This document shows positions 23,301 to 32,092 of a DNA stretch of 35,845 bases, one piece after another. Where the stretch lies: assembly GCA_021162125.1 (NCBI GenBank), contig JAGGZG010000298.1, positions 1 through 35,845 of the forward strand, written 5' to 3'. The DNA comes from Anaerolineae bacterium (lineage in GTDB: Bacteria > Chloroflexota > Anaerolineae > JACIWR01). A program made the position numbers and the translations under genes. Position 1 is the first letter of the stretch. Each line of letters opens with the position of its first letter. The notes under the pieces are model-generated. The model saw only the letters and a program-made list of their open reading frames with translations, searched no databases and was not told the origin of the DNA.

Positions 23301-24798
23301 CAGCGGCGGCCATCAGGCGGGCAGCCAGGTTCACGGTATCGCCCATCACCGTGTATTCCTTGCGCGTCGCCGATCCCACGTTGCCGGCGAACACCATGCC
23401 GGTGTGGATGCCGATGCGCTGTCGCAGGGAGAACATCCCGGCCAGGGTGGGTACCTCATAAAAGGGACGAATAGCTTCCTGCATCTCCAGGGCGGCACGA
23501 ACTGCCCGCTGGGGATCGTCCTCGTGGGCGCGTGGCGCGCCGAAGAGCACCATCAGTTTATCGCCCTCGTCGCACAAGTCCACCTTGTTAACCATTCCCT
23601 CGTAACGCATGACCACTTCCTGCATGGCGCTCAGGTAACGATCCAGGATGGCCGCTGCCTCGTCACTGCCCTCCGGCCCCAAGGCCTCCACAATCTCGCT
23701 CATGCCCAACAGATTGGCGAAGAGCACAGTGACCAGGCGGTGCTCGCCCTCGATCTCCGGCTGCGTGGGGTTGACCACGATCTTGGGCAACAGCCCCACC
23801 GGCAGATAAGGAGCCAGCCGATCCAGCGCCCGTACCGTCTCCTCCAACGAGGCAACGTGGGACGGAGCTTCCGCCGGCTGGACCGCCGCCACCACCTCCC
23901 CACCGGTGTCGTCCAGGATGCCGAATCCATTGGAGACGGGGACGACCAGCGAGGGGAATGCCTCACGAACTGCCGCGAGCGTACCCGGCCCCAGGGCGAT
24001 TTGTCCCTGCCCAGCCACGGCCTCCGCCCGCGCCGTATCGTTCACCACCCGGCCGGTGACCACGTACTCGCGGCCAGTGGGTCCCTGCTCCGTGGCCCAC
24101 AGACGGCCCACACTCGCCGCCAGGAAACGCCCGCTGTTAACCCCAATGTGTACCCGCAGGGAGAACTCCCCGCGCGAGGTCTCCGTGTGGGCGAAGGGTT
24201 CCATCGCCGCCTGCATCTGCTGCGCAGCACGGACGGCGACGAGCGGGTGGTTTTCGCCGGTGAACAGGATCAGCAGCGCATCTCCGCCGAAAGTCAGCAA
24301 GTCGCCGCCACAGGAATCCACCACTTGCAGCATCGTGCTGAAGATGTCGTTGACGATGCCGGTCAATTCCTCCGCGCCCTCTTTATTTGCCGCCCGCATC
24401 ACCGAGTCGGCTGCGACGTCGGGGAAGGTCAGCGCGTTGGCCATGGCCGTGAAGCCACTGATGTCGGCGAAGAGCAGTGTGCCCTCGATCATCTGCCCCT
24501 GCTCCGCGCTCCCGCCGGGCTTGTCCTGAGCGAAGTCGAAGGACTTGGTCAGCAACTGGTGGACGAGACGGCGGGGAAGGTAGGTCTTGACGATTTCCAG
24601 CACCGATCCCAGGTGCGCGGCCACGGCGATCTGATTTTCGGGCGTGGGGAGGAGGTCCTGGGGTAAATAAGGGGGCAGGTACTGTGACCAGGCGGCACGC
24701 AGCACAGGCGGCCAAGCAGCCGCCCCGGCGCTATCGGAACCGGATGGGGCAGGAGTTGGCGAAAGTGGCTCGGTTTCGTATCGCGGACTAGCAGGCAT
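20389..24798 (-). CDS. tandem class III adenylate/guanylate cyclase domains + AAA_16 (STAND-type) ATPase + TPR-repeat protein
   Basis: Two cyclase homology domains: approx 24490-23990 with LLFADISGFT...FGGDALL, and approx 23745-23185 with VLFANLLGMS...GDKLMVLFGAP...GDTVNLAARL. Walker A GEAGVGKS (23014-23037) and Walker B LLLLFEDLHWAD. A long TPR/tetratricopeptide C-terminus spans approx 21900-20392. I chose the start at ATG 24798 (GAGGA 7 nt upstream); the ORF track maximum is 24903. Confidence 0.9.
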   Translation of the reverse strand: MPASPRYETEPLSPTPAPSGSDSAGAAAWPPVLRAAWSQYLPPYLPQDLLPTPENQIAVAAHLGSVLEIVKTYLPRRLVHQLLTKSFDFAQDKPGGSAEQGQMIEGTLLFADISGFTAMANALTFPDVAADSVMRAANKEGAEELTGIVNDIFSTMLQVVDSCGGDLLTFGGDALLILFTGENHPLVAVRAAQQMQAAMEPFAHTETSRGEFSLRVHIGVNSGRFLAASVGRLWATEQGPTGREYVVTGRVVNDTARAEAVAGQGQIALGPGTLAAVREAFPSLVVPVSNGFGILDDTGGEVVAAVQPAEAPSHVASLEETVRALDRLAPYLPVGLLPKIVVNPTQPEIEGEHRLVTVLFANLLGMSEIVEALGPEGSDEAAAILDRYLSAMQEVVMRYEGMVNKVDLCDEGDKLMVLFGAPRAHEDDPQRAVRAALEMQEAIRPFYEVPTLAGMFSLRQRIGIHTGMVFAGNVGSATRKEYTVMGDTVNLAARLMAAAEIGQVLISPTTRRYLDTGFICEDLSPVVVKGKPEPVPVCAALGLRRDEGLARRAARHGPFVGRGAEMARLKELTGRVLGGQGQVVSIVGEAGVGKSRLVDELLAHAGGVGMQVLHGECVSYGSTIPYLPWIAVLREFFGWQADDDPATRREKLRAGLGAVDAELVQWLPIVAGVLGLSEPDTRLTRSLDARLRKERFFDIVVRLLRARAHQSPLLLLFEDLHWADPISLELLSHVARHCDDDPLLLLAVHRPTLDRTAWKELGHYTVIQLEELDAKERVELVSSLLNLPDLPPALRDMILAKAQGNPFYIEEVVHVLVDRGYLLPDDGRYRLVGELAGVEIPDTVRGVVMSRIDSLDEGSRNVLKVAACIDRIFPYSVLRAIYPWPILEEVLRCRLDILERVDLTPLKSPEPDLHYQFKHVLTQEVAYESLSYARRRELHGRVARYYEDIYAGRLEEAYDLLAYHYGRSGERAKALEYTLKAGDRAKAAFANDAAIRYYQEAIRLIKLGRRHTTNDLQLANAYLNLADVQALVGQYERATENYQAALEAGGTILSAEQRARIQRKAAMIFEKQGDYDAALEGLLAACATLEADPAGRTSRQMVRVLSDLGSVHMRKGNYQEAIRLGERALGVLDRLAEDRETLVSEGWVYTNLGVVYTVLGDYGRAEAFYGRGLRAREQAGDLYGIVLSYNNLGTLAYLQSDYERALAAYQRCLETARRIGYTYFVAMVYNNLGICYQSMGRYAEAIARHRDSLAIREEIGDRAGIANCYDDLGMAYHHLGEYDRALDYHRRSLEIHQATGHTLFVANSLINIAAVRVDQGDHQSAIAGAQRAVDILESLGSKMILSEACAVLARAYLAAGEVDAALRHGERALQVAQETGSQHDDGVAHHVLGRVYAARAAGEGETQSATAARTHFERALELLQGAGDMFELARCWRSYAEFLKTQGEDQEAARCTATASRIFRDLGVK

Positions 24799-24874
24799 GA
24801 ACTTGTCCTCGCGCCGGCAAAGGGGGGAATCACGCTCAAGCCGGGACATCGCATCCCACGAACAGCTTGTAATT

Positions 24875-24903
24875 ATTGTACCACACAAAAGGCGATTGCT
24901 CAA
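24875..24903 (-). promoter_or_regulatory. sigma70 promoter with extended -10 (TTGAGC-17 nt-TGgTACAAT) for the cyclase-STAND gene
   Basis: The minus strand reads cTTGAGCaatcgccttttgtgtggTACAATaat. The -10 is at 24875-24880 and the -35 at 24898-24903. Confidence 0.55.
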
Positions 24904-24930
24904 GCCCGCTGCCGTGCGGCGACAAAGTCC

Positions 24931-24959
24931 TTGCTTGCTCTGGGAATTTGTGTTATACT
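24931..24959 (+). promoter_or_regulatory. sigma70 promoter with extended -10 (TTGCTT-17 nt-TGtTATACT), divergent from the cyclase promoter; upstream of glnS
   Basis: TTGCTT at 24931-24936 and TATACT at 24954-24959. It would give a leader of about 325 nt before the glnS ATG. Confidence 0.5.
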
Positions 24960-25289
24960 GCTAACCGGAGCAAGTATCTCGCGCCGACTTCAGTGAACCC
25001 TCAAGTAACCCTCAAGGCAGGAGCGGCTCTACTGAGCACTCGAAAATATCGGGGAGGTGGCGATGCTATTCTTAGACCCCAACAAGCCGATTGCTACCTG
25101 CATTTCCGAAAGCCGCGATGACTGCCCCGTTAATACAAAGTTGCACTGCCACTTCAAAGCCAAAGGAGAGAGTCGCCCCCCTGCGACCTGTCCTGAGCCC
25201 AGTCGAAGGGGCGGGGGGACTGAGGGGGGAGAGTGGCGAACTACGGATGCTCCGTAAAAAGTGCAAAACTACTGTAGGGAGACAAAGCC

Positions 25290-27023
25290 ATGGAGAGTAC
25301 AAAAGCAAAAACCGAGAAGAGCACTGGGAATATGACCGCGACTGATTCCACCACATCCAATTTCATCCGAGCTATTATCGAGGAAGATTTAAGGACCAAC
25401 AAGTACGGTGGTCGAGTTCATACTCGATTTCCACCAGAGCCAAATGGGTATCTGCACATTGGACATGCCAAATCCATCTGCCTCAATTTCGGCCTCGCTG
25501 CCGACTACGGGGGCCTCTGCAATTTGCGATTCGATGACACCAACCCAACCAAAGAAGAAGCCGAATACGTGGAAGCGATCAAAGAAGACGTGCGTTGGCT
25601 TGGGTTCGATTGGGGAGATCGGCTATTCTACGCATCGGACTACTTTGAGCAGCTCTACGAGTACGCTGTGCAACTGATCAAGAAAGGTAAGGCGTACGTT
25701 TGCGACCTGAGCTCGGAGGAAATCCGCGAGTACCGTGGCACCTTGACCGAGCCCGGCAAGGACAGCCCGTATCGCAATCGTTCGGTCGAGGAGAACCTGG
25801 ACCTGTTCGAGCGCATGCGGGCCGGCGAATTCCCGGACGGGTCTCGCACACTTCGCGCAAAAATTGACATGGCACATCCCAACGTGCTTATGCGAGACCC
25901 GGTTATGTACCGCATCATGCACGCCACACATCACAGGACGGGCGACAAGTGGTGCATTTATCCGATGTACGATTTCACCCACTGCCTCTCAGATTCCATC
26001 GAGAGAATCACCCACTCCATTTGCACACTGGAATTTGAGAACAATCGTGCCCTGTACGACTGGTTTCTTGACGAGCTGGGCGTCTACCATCCACAGCAAA
26101 TCGAGTTCGCCCGCCTCAATCTCAGCTACACCGTGCTGAGCAAGCGAAAACTGTTGCAATTGGTAGAACAAGGCCACGTCTCCGGGTGGGACGATCCACG
26201 GATGCCCACGCTATCGGGGTTGCGGAGACGCGGCTACACACCGGAGGCCATCCGAGACTTTTGTGATCTCATCGGGGTGGCCAAAGCTAACAGTATCGTT
26301 GACGTAGCCTTGCTCGAGCACTGCCTCCGCCAAGACCTGAATAAACGCGCTCCACGTGTTTTTGGTGTGTTGCGCCCACTTAAGGTGGTCATTGACAACT
26401 ATCCAGAAGACCTGGTGGAAGAGATGGAGTGCATTAACAACCCGGAAGACCCCGGTATGGGAACACGGAAAGTCCCTTTTTCACGTGTGCTGTACATCGA
26501 ACGGGGGGATTTTCGCGAGGACCCACCGAGGAAATGGTTCCGCTTGGCCCCCGGTCGCGAGGTACGGCTACGATACGCTTACTATATCACCTGTGTGGAC
26601 GTGATAAAGGATGAACGCGGCGAGGTGATCGAGCTGCACTGCACTTATGACCCGGAGACGCGAGGTGGCTGGGCCCCGGATGGGCGCAGGGTCAGGGGAA
26701 CACTGCACTGGGTTTCGGCTGCCCACGCCCTCGAAGCCGAAGTACGCCTGTACGACCGTCTCTTCTCAAAACCAAACCCCCTCGATGTAGAGGAGGGTGA
26801 AGATTTCACGGCCAATCTGAATCCGAACTCGCTGGAGATTCTGACGACGTGCCGTGTGGAACCGAGTCTAGCTGGCGCAGCCCCAGGAAGCCGCTACCAA
26901 TTCGAGAGACAGGGCTACTTCTGCGTGGATTCGGATTCGACCGACGAGAAACTGGTATTCAATCGGACGGTGGCCCTGCGCGATACCTGGGCCAAGATCG
27001 AGAAGGCGCAGAGGAAGCGATGA
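25290..27023 (+). CDS. glnS: glutamine--tRNA ligase (GlnRS)
   Basis: [11 protein letters not shown]....[26 protein letters not shown] (HIGH) and VLSKRKL (KMSKS-type), with a full-length 577-aa GlnRS layout including the C-terminal anticodon-binding beta-barrels. Confidence 0.95.
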   Translation: MESTKAKTEKSTGNMTATDSTTSNFIRAIIEEDLRTNKYGGRVHTRFPPEPNGYLHIGHAKSICLNFGLAADYGGLCNLRFDDTNPTKEEAEYVEAIKEDVRWLGFDWGDRLFYASDYFEQLYEYAVQLIKKGKAYVCDLSSEEIREYRGTLTEPGKDSPYRNRSVEENLDLFERMRAGEFPDGSRTLRAKIDMAHPNVLMRDPVMYRIMHATHHRTGDKWCIYPMYDFTHCLSDSIERITHSICTLEFENNRALYDWFLDELGVYHPQQIEFARLNLSYTVLSKRKLLQLVEQGHVSGWDDPRMPTLSGLRRRGYTPEAIRDFCDLIGVAKANSIVDVALLEHCLRQDLNKRAPRVFGVLRPLKVVIDNYPEDLVEEMECINNPEDPGMGTRKVPFSRVLYIERGDFREDPPRKWFRLAPGREVRLRYAYYITCVDVIKDERGEVIELHCTYDPETRGGWAPDGRRVRGTLHWVSAAHALEAEVRLYDRLFSKPNPLDVEEGEDFTANLNPNSLEILTTCRVEPSLAGAAPGSRYQFERQGYFCVDSDSTDEKLVFNRTVALRDTWAKIEKAQRKR

Positions 27024-27168
27024 GAGATCACGAAGCCCCCGCCTGCGGCGGAGGTGAGGTCACCATCACACCAGCTATGGGCAGGCTACCGCAGCCCCCA
27101 CTTCGCAGGGGACCTGAGGTCAGTCTCCTGCCTGAGCAATCACACAAATTTTCGAAGGAGGCACTACC

Positions 27169-28047
27169 TTGTCCAAAACAGCGAGTCTGAAAATCGTAAC
27201 CGATAGCGCCGCAGACCTGCTCCCGGATGAGATCGATGCATTGGGAATCACAATCGTGCCGCTTTACATCCAATTCCCTGACGGGGAAGTAAGCGCTGAG
27301 GACATCTCACCGGATACGTTTTATGATCGTCTGCAGGCCATGTGGCCCGAGATTCCAACGACCGCGATGCCCTCCCCTGGAATGTTTGCGGAAATTTACC
27401 GCGAGGTAGCCCAGGCAGGGAAAGAGATTCTCTCGATTCACATTTCTTCCGGGTTGAGCGGCACGATCGAAGCCGCCCGGCTGGGAGCCGAACAAGCCGG
27501 TGTAGACGTCACGCTGGTAGACACGAGAACCCTTTCAGGCGGGGAGCGGTTTCAGGTGTTGGCCGCAGCCCTGGCGGCGAAGGCGGGCTGGAGTAAAGAG
27601 GCCATTCTAAAACGCCTGGAGCGTATCCGCGCGGCCACGGAGGTGATCTACACCCTGGAGACGCTGGAGTACCTGGCACGCGGCGGGCGCATTGGACGTG
27701 TGCAAGCCCTGCTCGGATCGCTGCTCAAAATCAAACCGGTGATCAAGGTGGACAAGGCCGATGGTAAATACAGCACAGTGGGTCAGGGACGCACTTTGCG
27801 GCGGACGCTGCGCATGATTGTGGATCATCTGGCGCAACTCTATGAGCCGGAGACTCCCCTGTGGCTGTCGGTGATGCATGGGCAATTCGGTGAACAAGCT
27901 GAGAACCTGGCGCAACTCCTGCGTGAGCGGTTGCAAGTCGCCAAGTTAGAGGTGTTGCGCATTTCCCCTGTGCTGGGGGTGCATACCGGCCCCGGGATTG
28001 TCGGAGTCACCGCCTTGCCAATGGCCTTGATGGAGGGCCTGGGGTAA
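27169..28047 (+). CDS. DegV family fatty-acid-binding protein
   Basis: TTG start 7 nt after GAAGGAGG. LKIVTDSAADLLPDEIDALGITIVPLYIQF... and IHISSGLSGT are typical DegV blocks. Confidence 0.9.
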   Translation: MSKTASLKIVTDSAADLLPDEIDALGITIVPLYIQFPDGEVSAEDISPDTFYDRLQAMWPEIPTTAMPSPGMFAEIYREVAQAGKEILSIHISSGLSGTIEAARLGAEQAGVDVTLVDTRTLSGGERFQVLAAALAAKAGWSKEAILKRLERIRAATEVIYTLETLEYLARGGRIGRVQALLGSLLKIKPVIKVDKADGKYSTVGQGRTLRRTLRMIVDHLAQLYEPETPLWLSVMHGQFGEQAENLAQLLRERLQVAKLEVLRISPVLGVHTGPGIVGVTALPMALMEGLG

Positions 28048-28248
28048 GTTAGCTTCCCCCGTTTCACGGGGGGAGAACTCGGCCTCCCACCTGCGCGCGG
28101 AGCGCGGCGGGGGAGAACATCCGCCGGTGGTCCACCCACGTGGAACAGGGATTGCACCGTGAGGAGCTGGCCCAAGGAGTTGCCTGGTGCGCAGAGGGCC
28201 AGGGATTTCGCCGTAGACGGATGGATTACCCACAGACTGAGACAAATT

Positions 28249-30024
28249 ATGACCTCAGAGATCGCCCTCCTCCTCTCCATTATCGGAGCGTCGGTGGTGC
28301 TCTTTTCGCTTGAGTGCCTGCCCGCCGATGTGATTGCCCTGGGTATCTTACTGACGCTCATTCTCACCGGCCTGTTACCCGCGAAGGCAGCCTTCGCCTG
28401 CTTTGGCAGTGACACGGTGATAATGATCCTCGGGTTGCTCATCCTCACCGCAGCATTGGTGCGCACCGGCGTCGTTGATGCAGCCAGGCGCGCAATCCTG
28501 CGCCGCACCGGCGAGGACCACGACCGGCTGGTAGCGGTGATCATGCTTTCGGCTGCGACACTGAGCGCATTCATGAGCAATACCGCCACCACGGCTTTCT
28601 TTGTGCCCATCACGATTGGCCTCGCCCGCAAGGTACGGATTAACGCCTCGAAGCTCCTCATGCCCCTGGCCTTTGCCTCCATCTTGGCCAGCTCGGTGAC
28701 GCTGATCAGTTCCTCCACCAACATTGTCATCAGCGGGCTGATGACCCGCTATGACATGCAGCCATTGGGCATGTTCGAGCTGGCACTGGTGGGAGTACCA
28801 ATCGCTGTGACGGGATTGATCTACATGCTCTCGGTGGGTCGCCGACTGATCCCGGATCGCGGCAACCCGGACGAGTGGAGCGAAGAATTTGGCATTCGAC
28901 CATATCTGACAGAGGCTCTGATTCTTCCCCAATCACCGCTGATCGGAAAGACACTGGCCGAATCCGGCCTGGGCCGCGACCTGGACCTTACCGTGCTGCG
29001 GGTGGTGCGTGACAAAGGCCGTTATCTGGTACCGCAGGCCAATCTCCGGCTGGAAGAGGGAGATGTGCTCTTAGTGGAAGGACAGCGCGACGATATCCTC
29101 AAGATCAAGGATACCGTCGGTCTTGCAATCAAAGCCGACGTGACGCTTTCTGATCCCGGCCTGCAAACAGAAAATGTGAGGTTGGTCGAAGTAATCCTTT
29201 TACGCCGGTCACCCCTCATCGGGCGCACTTTGAAAGGGATAAACTTTCGGCAACGATATGGTCTACAGGTGCTAGGGATCAACCGCCACGGGGCAACCAT
29301 CCTGCGTAAGATTAGCCGGATCAGGCTGAAAATCGGAGACCAGTTGCTAATTCAAGGCCACCGCGCGAATATCGCGGTGCTGGACGAAGACAACACGTTC
29401 CGGATCATCGGCACGGTAGATTATGAACGTCCAAATTTACAACGCGCGCCGATGGCCATCGCCATCTTTGCCGGTGTGTTGGCGATGGCGGCCCTCAACA
29501 TACTCTCCCTGCCGGTGGCAGTACTTCTGGGGTCACTTCTGGCCTTTATTACTCGCTGTCTCACTCCCGACGAGGCTTACCGCGAGGTCGAATGGAAGGC
29601 GCTGATCCTGATCGGCAGCATCCTGTCAGTCGGCAGCGCCATGGAATACACAGGTGCGGCCAAGTTTCTCGCAGCCCAGATTATAAACCTCATCGGCCAG
29701 GCACACCCGGCGTGGTTGCTCACTGCCTTCTTCGCCCTGACGCTGCTCCTCACACAGCCGATGTCCAATCAAGCAGCAGCGGTTGTGGTCGTTCCAATCG
29801 CGCTCCAGACAGCTCTCCAGTTAGATTTGAACCCACGCACCTTTGCCATCATGATCGCCGTGGCCGCCAGTTGCTCCTACCTGACCCCGCTGGAGCCCTC
29901 CTGTCTGATGGTCTATGGACCGGGGCGCTACCGCTTTCTGGACTTTCTCAAGGCCGGGGCGTTGCTTACAGTGCTGATCTACATTCTCGCTATCGTCCTC
30001 GTACCATTGATTTGGCCATTATAG
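28249..30024 (+). CDS. SLC13/DASS-family (CitT/ArsB-like) anion permease with two central TrkA-C (RCK_C) domains
   Basis: The ATG at 28249 begins the first TM helix (MTSEIALLLSIIGASVVLF); the ORF track starts at 28159. Two repeats of the ...SPLIGKTL....L..LR..R.G......L..GD.LL..G... pattern sit between membrane halves. Confidence 0.9.
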   Translation: MTSEIALLLSIIGASVVLFSLECLPADVIALGILLTLILTGLLPAKAAFACFGSDTVIMILGLLILTAALVRTGVVDAARRAILRRTGEDHDRLVAVIMLSAATLSAFMSNTATTAFFVPITIGLARKVRINASKLLMPLAFASILASSVTLISSSTNIVISGLMTRYDMQPLGMFELALVGVPIAVTGLIYMLSVGRRLIPDRGNPDEWSEEFGIRPYLTEALILPQSPLIGKTLAESGLGRDLDLTVLRVVRDKGRYLVPQANLRLEEGDVLLVEGQRDDILKIKDTVGLAIKADVTLSDPGLQTENVRLVEVILLRRSPLIGRTLKGINFRQRYGLQVLGINRHGATILRKISRIRLKIGDQLLIQGHRANIAVLDEDNTFRIIGTVDYERPNLQRAPMAIAIFAGVLAMAALNILSLPVAVLLGSLLAFITRCLTPDEAYREVEWKALILIGSILSVGSAMEYTGAAKFLAAQIINLIGQAHPAWLLTAFFALTLLLTQPMSNQAAAVVVVPIALQTALQLDLNPRTFAIMIAVAASCSYLTPLEPSCLMVYGPGRYRFLDFLKAGALLTVLIYILAIVLVPLIWPL

Positions 30025-30054
30025 CTTTGCTTTGATGACAACCCAACAAGACTG

Positions 30055-31233
30055 ATGACCCATCAACATTCTGAAATCAACAACCTACCCCCACCAATAA
30101 TGACCTCCGAGCCCGGTTCCTTCGCCCGGCGGACGATCACTGACGGCAAGCCGCGCAACGTCGAGGCGGCGCTGCGTGACAACGCCTATCCGCCGGAGAT
30201 CGTCGCCGCGCTCCACGCCCTGCGCCGCGAGTTGGCCACGGAGCCCATTCGCCCACCCGATCCCACCGCCCCCGGCGCGGACTTCTGGCGAGCGCAGTGG
30301 GCGCAATACCGGGGACGCACCTGGCTGGAGGTGCCCTGGTACTTCGCCGAGGCATACTTCTACCGGCGGTTGCTGGAGGCGGTGGGCTACTTCCGGCCGG
30401 GCCCCTGGCAAGGGCACGACCCCTTTGCCGCGCAGAAAGAGCGAATGCTGGAGGAGGGGATCGGCCCCTTTGCTGCGGCGCTGGCCGCCCTGGCCGGGCA
30501 GGACGACGAGGAGGTGGCCGCCGCGCTGATCCGTGGCTGCCTGTGGGGCAATCGCGCAGATCTGAGCAACTGGGGAATGGCTCTGGGCGGGGATTCGCCG
30601 GGCCAGGCGCTGCTGATTGATCACACCCCGCGTCTGGTGGCCCTGTTGCGTGGGGGTTGCCCTGTGGTGGACGTCGTCGGCGACAACGCGGGCCTGGAGC
30701 TCCTCTTCGACCTGGCCCTGGCCGATTTCCTGCTGGGTCGCGGGTGGGCGCAGTGGATCACTCTGCACCTGAAAGCCGATCCCTTCTTCGTCTCCGACGC
30801 CCTACCCCGCGACGTGCATCGCACCCTGAAACGGCTGTCCGCCGGGAAAGACCCCCTCCTGCCCGCCCTGGCCGCGCGCTTGCAGCGAGCCCTGGACGAG
30901 GGGCGGCTCGTCCTCAGCGCACACCCCTTCTGGAACAGTTGCCTCACCTTCTACGACATGCCCCCGGACGTGCGGACGGCGCTGGAACAGGCCGATCTAG
31001 TGCTGCTCAAAGGCGACGCCAACTACCGGCGGTTGCTGGGCGACCGTCATTGGCCACCCACGACCCGTCTGGAGGACGCGGCGGGACATTTCCCACGGCC
31101 CTTCGCCGTGCTGCGCACCCTGAAAGCGGAGCTCATCGTCGGGCTGGAGCCGGGCCAGGCGGAGGCATTGAACGCGGAAGACCCCGAGTGGCTGGTCAAC
31201 GGCCAGCGGGGCATCATCCAGGTGGTCTTGTAG
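30055..31233 (+). CDS. DUF89/ARMT1-family damage-control phosphatase-like protein
   Basis: VVGDNAGLELLFDLALADFLL (DNxGxE..D) and LLKGDANYRRLLGDRHW (KGDxNYRRL) are hallmark DUF89 motifs. Confidence 0.8.
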   Translation: MTHQHSEINNLPPPIMTSEPGSFARRTITDGKPRNVEAALRDNAYPPEIVAALHALRRELATEPIRPPDPTAPGADFWRAQWAQYRGRTWLEVPWYFAEAYFYRRLLEAVGYFRPGPWQGHDPFAAQKERMLEEGIGPFAAALAALAGQDDEEVAAALIRGCLWGNRADLSNWGMALGGDSPGQALLIDHTPRLVALLRGGCPVVDVVGDNAGLELLFDLALADFLLGRGWAQWITLHLKADPFFVSDALPRDVHRTLKRLSAGKDPLLPALAARLQRALDEGRLVLSAHPFWNSCLTFYDMPPDVRTALEQADLVLLKGDANYRRLLGDRHWPPTTRLEDAAGHFPRPFAVLRTLKAELIVGLEPGQAEALNAEDPEWLVNGQRGIIQVVL

Positions 31234-31259
31234 GACGAGTTGCCAACTCGTCCTACAAG
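31227..31259. terminator. 33-nt perfect palindrome (GTAGG type) shared by convergent genes; bidirectional terminator/REP-like
   Basis: cttgtaggacgagtt-gcc-aactcgtcctacaag: 15-bp perfect arms. The TAG of the plus-strand gene (31231-31233) and the TAG of the minus-strand gene (31253-31255) both lie in the stem. Confidence 0.65.
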
Positions 31260-32092
31260 AAACTCTCCAAGAACGTACTGACCTCCGATTGCCAGAAAAC
31301 CGGGCCATCCTTGCACACCAGTTTCTCGCCCAGGTTGCAGCGACCACACTTGCCAATGCCGCAGTGCATGCGTGCTTCGAGTGTGGTTAGCATCTGATCC
31401 TCGGAAAAGCCCAGTTTCCCCAGCGTCTTGCCAACGAAATAAATCATGATCGGCGGGCCGCAGGTGATGGCCGTGGTGTTCTCCGGCGACGGCGCAACCT
31501 CCTCCAGGATTTGGGTGATCAGCCCCACGTTGCCCGTCCAACCCTCAACCGGTCTGTCAATGGTGACGTGCATCTCCGTGTCCGGCGCGGCGCGCCATTC
31601 GTCGTACTCGTCGGTGAAGACCAGCAAATCAGGACTGCGCGCCGCCCAGATGATGGTCAGGTGGCCGTAGTCATCGCGGTGACTGAGGATGTATTGGATC
31701 ACCGGGCGCAGAGGTGCGCCGCCGATGCCCCCGCCCAAGACGACGATGTTCTGGCCTTTGAGCTCGTCCAGCGGGAAGTAATTGCCCAACGGCCCACGGA
31801 TGCCCACCGTCGCGCCCAACGGCAAGGCGTGTATCGCGCGGGTCACATGCCCCACCTTGTTGATGGCCACCTCAATCACCGGGCCACGTTCGGGGATATT
31901 GGCGAATCCAAAGGGTGCCTCGCCCACCCCCAGCACGGAGAAAAAGAGAAACTGCCCTGGCTTCCAGACGGAGAACTTCTCGCGGTCCTCAGGATCGTTG
32001 AGCTCTACCTGAAACAAGCGGATATTGGTCGCCAGGGGCTTGGTGCCCACCAGAGTGCCCAGATAGGGACGCATAGGATTCGCTTCACTCAT
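31253..32092 (-). CDS. FAD/NAD(P)-binding ferredoxin-reductase-like subunit with C-terminal 2Fe-2S motif (sulfhydrogenase gamma/AsrB/FlxA-like)
   Basis: Start ATG at 32092 overlaps the upstream stop (ATGA). Motifs include GPLG, NIVVLGGGIGGAPLRP and the C-terminal MHCGIGKCGRCN. The ORF track extension to 32224 overlaps the upstream gene. Confidence 0.85.
   Translation of the reverse strand: MSEANPMRPYLGTLVGTKPLATNIRLFQVELNDPEDREKFSVWKPGQFLFFSVLGVGEAPFGFANIPERGPVIEVAINKVGHVTRAIHALPLGATVGIRGPLGNYFPLDELKGQNIVVLGGGIGGAPLRPVIQYILSHRDDYGHLTIIWAARSPDLLVFTDEYDEWRAAPDTEMHVTIDRPVEGWTGNVGLITQILEEVAPSPENTTAITCGPPIMIYFVGKTLGKLGFSEDQMLTTLEARMHCGIGKCGRCNLGEKLVCKDGPVFWQSEVSTFLESFL

Noticed and set aside
22957-24666. 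569-aa ORF antisense to the cyclase-STAND gene
   Set aside because: The sense strand encodes two cyclase domains and a P-loop in one uninterrupted frame. The antisense translation is a His/Gly/Arg/Gln-rich shadow with no motifs.
24799-24903. 35-codon N-terminal extension of the cyclase-STAND ORF (ORF track start 24903)
   Set aside because: The extension begins inside the predicted -35 box and spans the -10 box of the gene's own promoter. It encodes a Cys/Ser-rich peptide without an RBS. The ATG at 24798 has GAGGA at 7-nt spacing. The ATG at 24849 remains a weaker alternative.
24960-25289. T-box leader or leader peptide (66-aa ORF 25057-25257) upstream of glnS
   Set aside because: I found no AGAGA/GNUGA stem-I features and no convincing GGUGGUACCGCG T-box sequence; only GGAGGUGGCGAUGC is present. 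The small ORF has a plausible SD, but its composition is Gly/Pro/Arg-rich and repeat-derived. It is recorded as unexplained leader length only.
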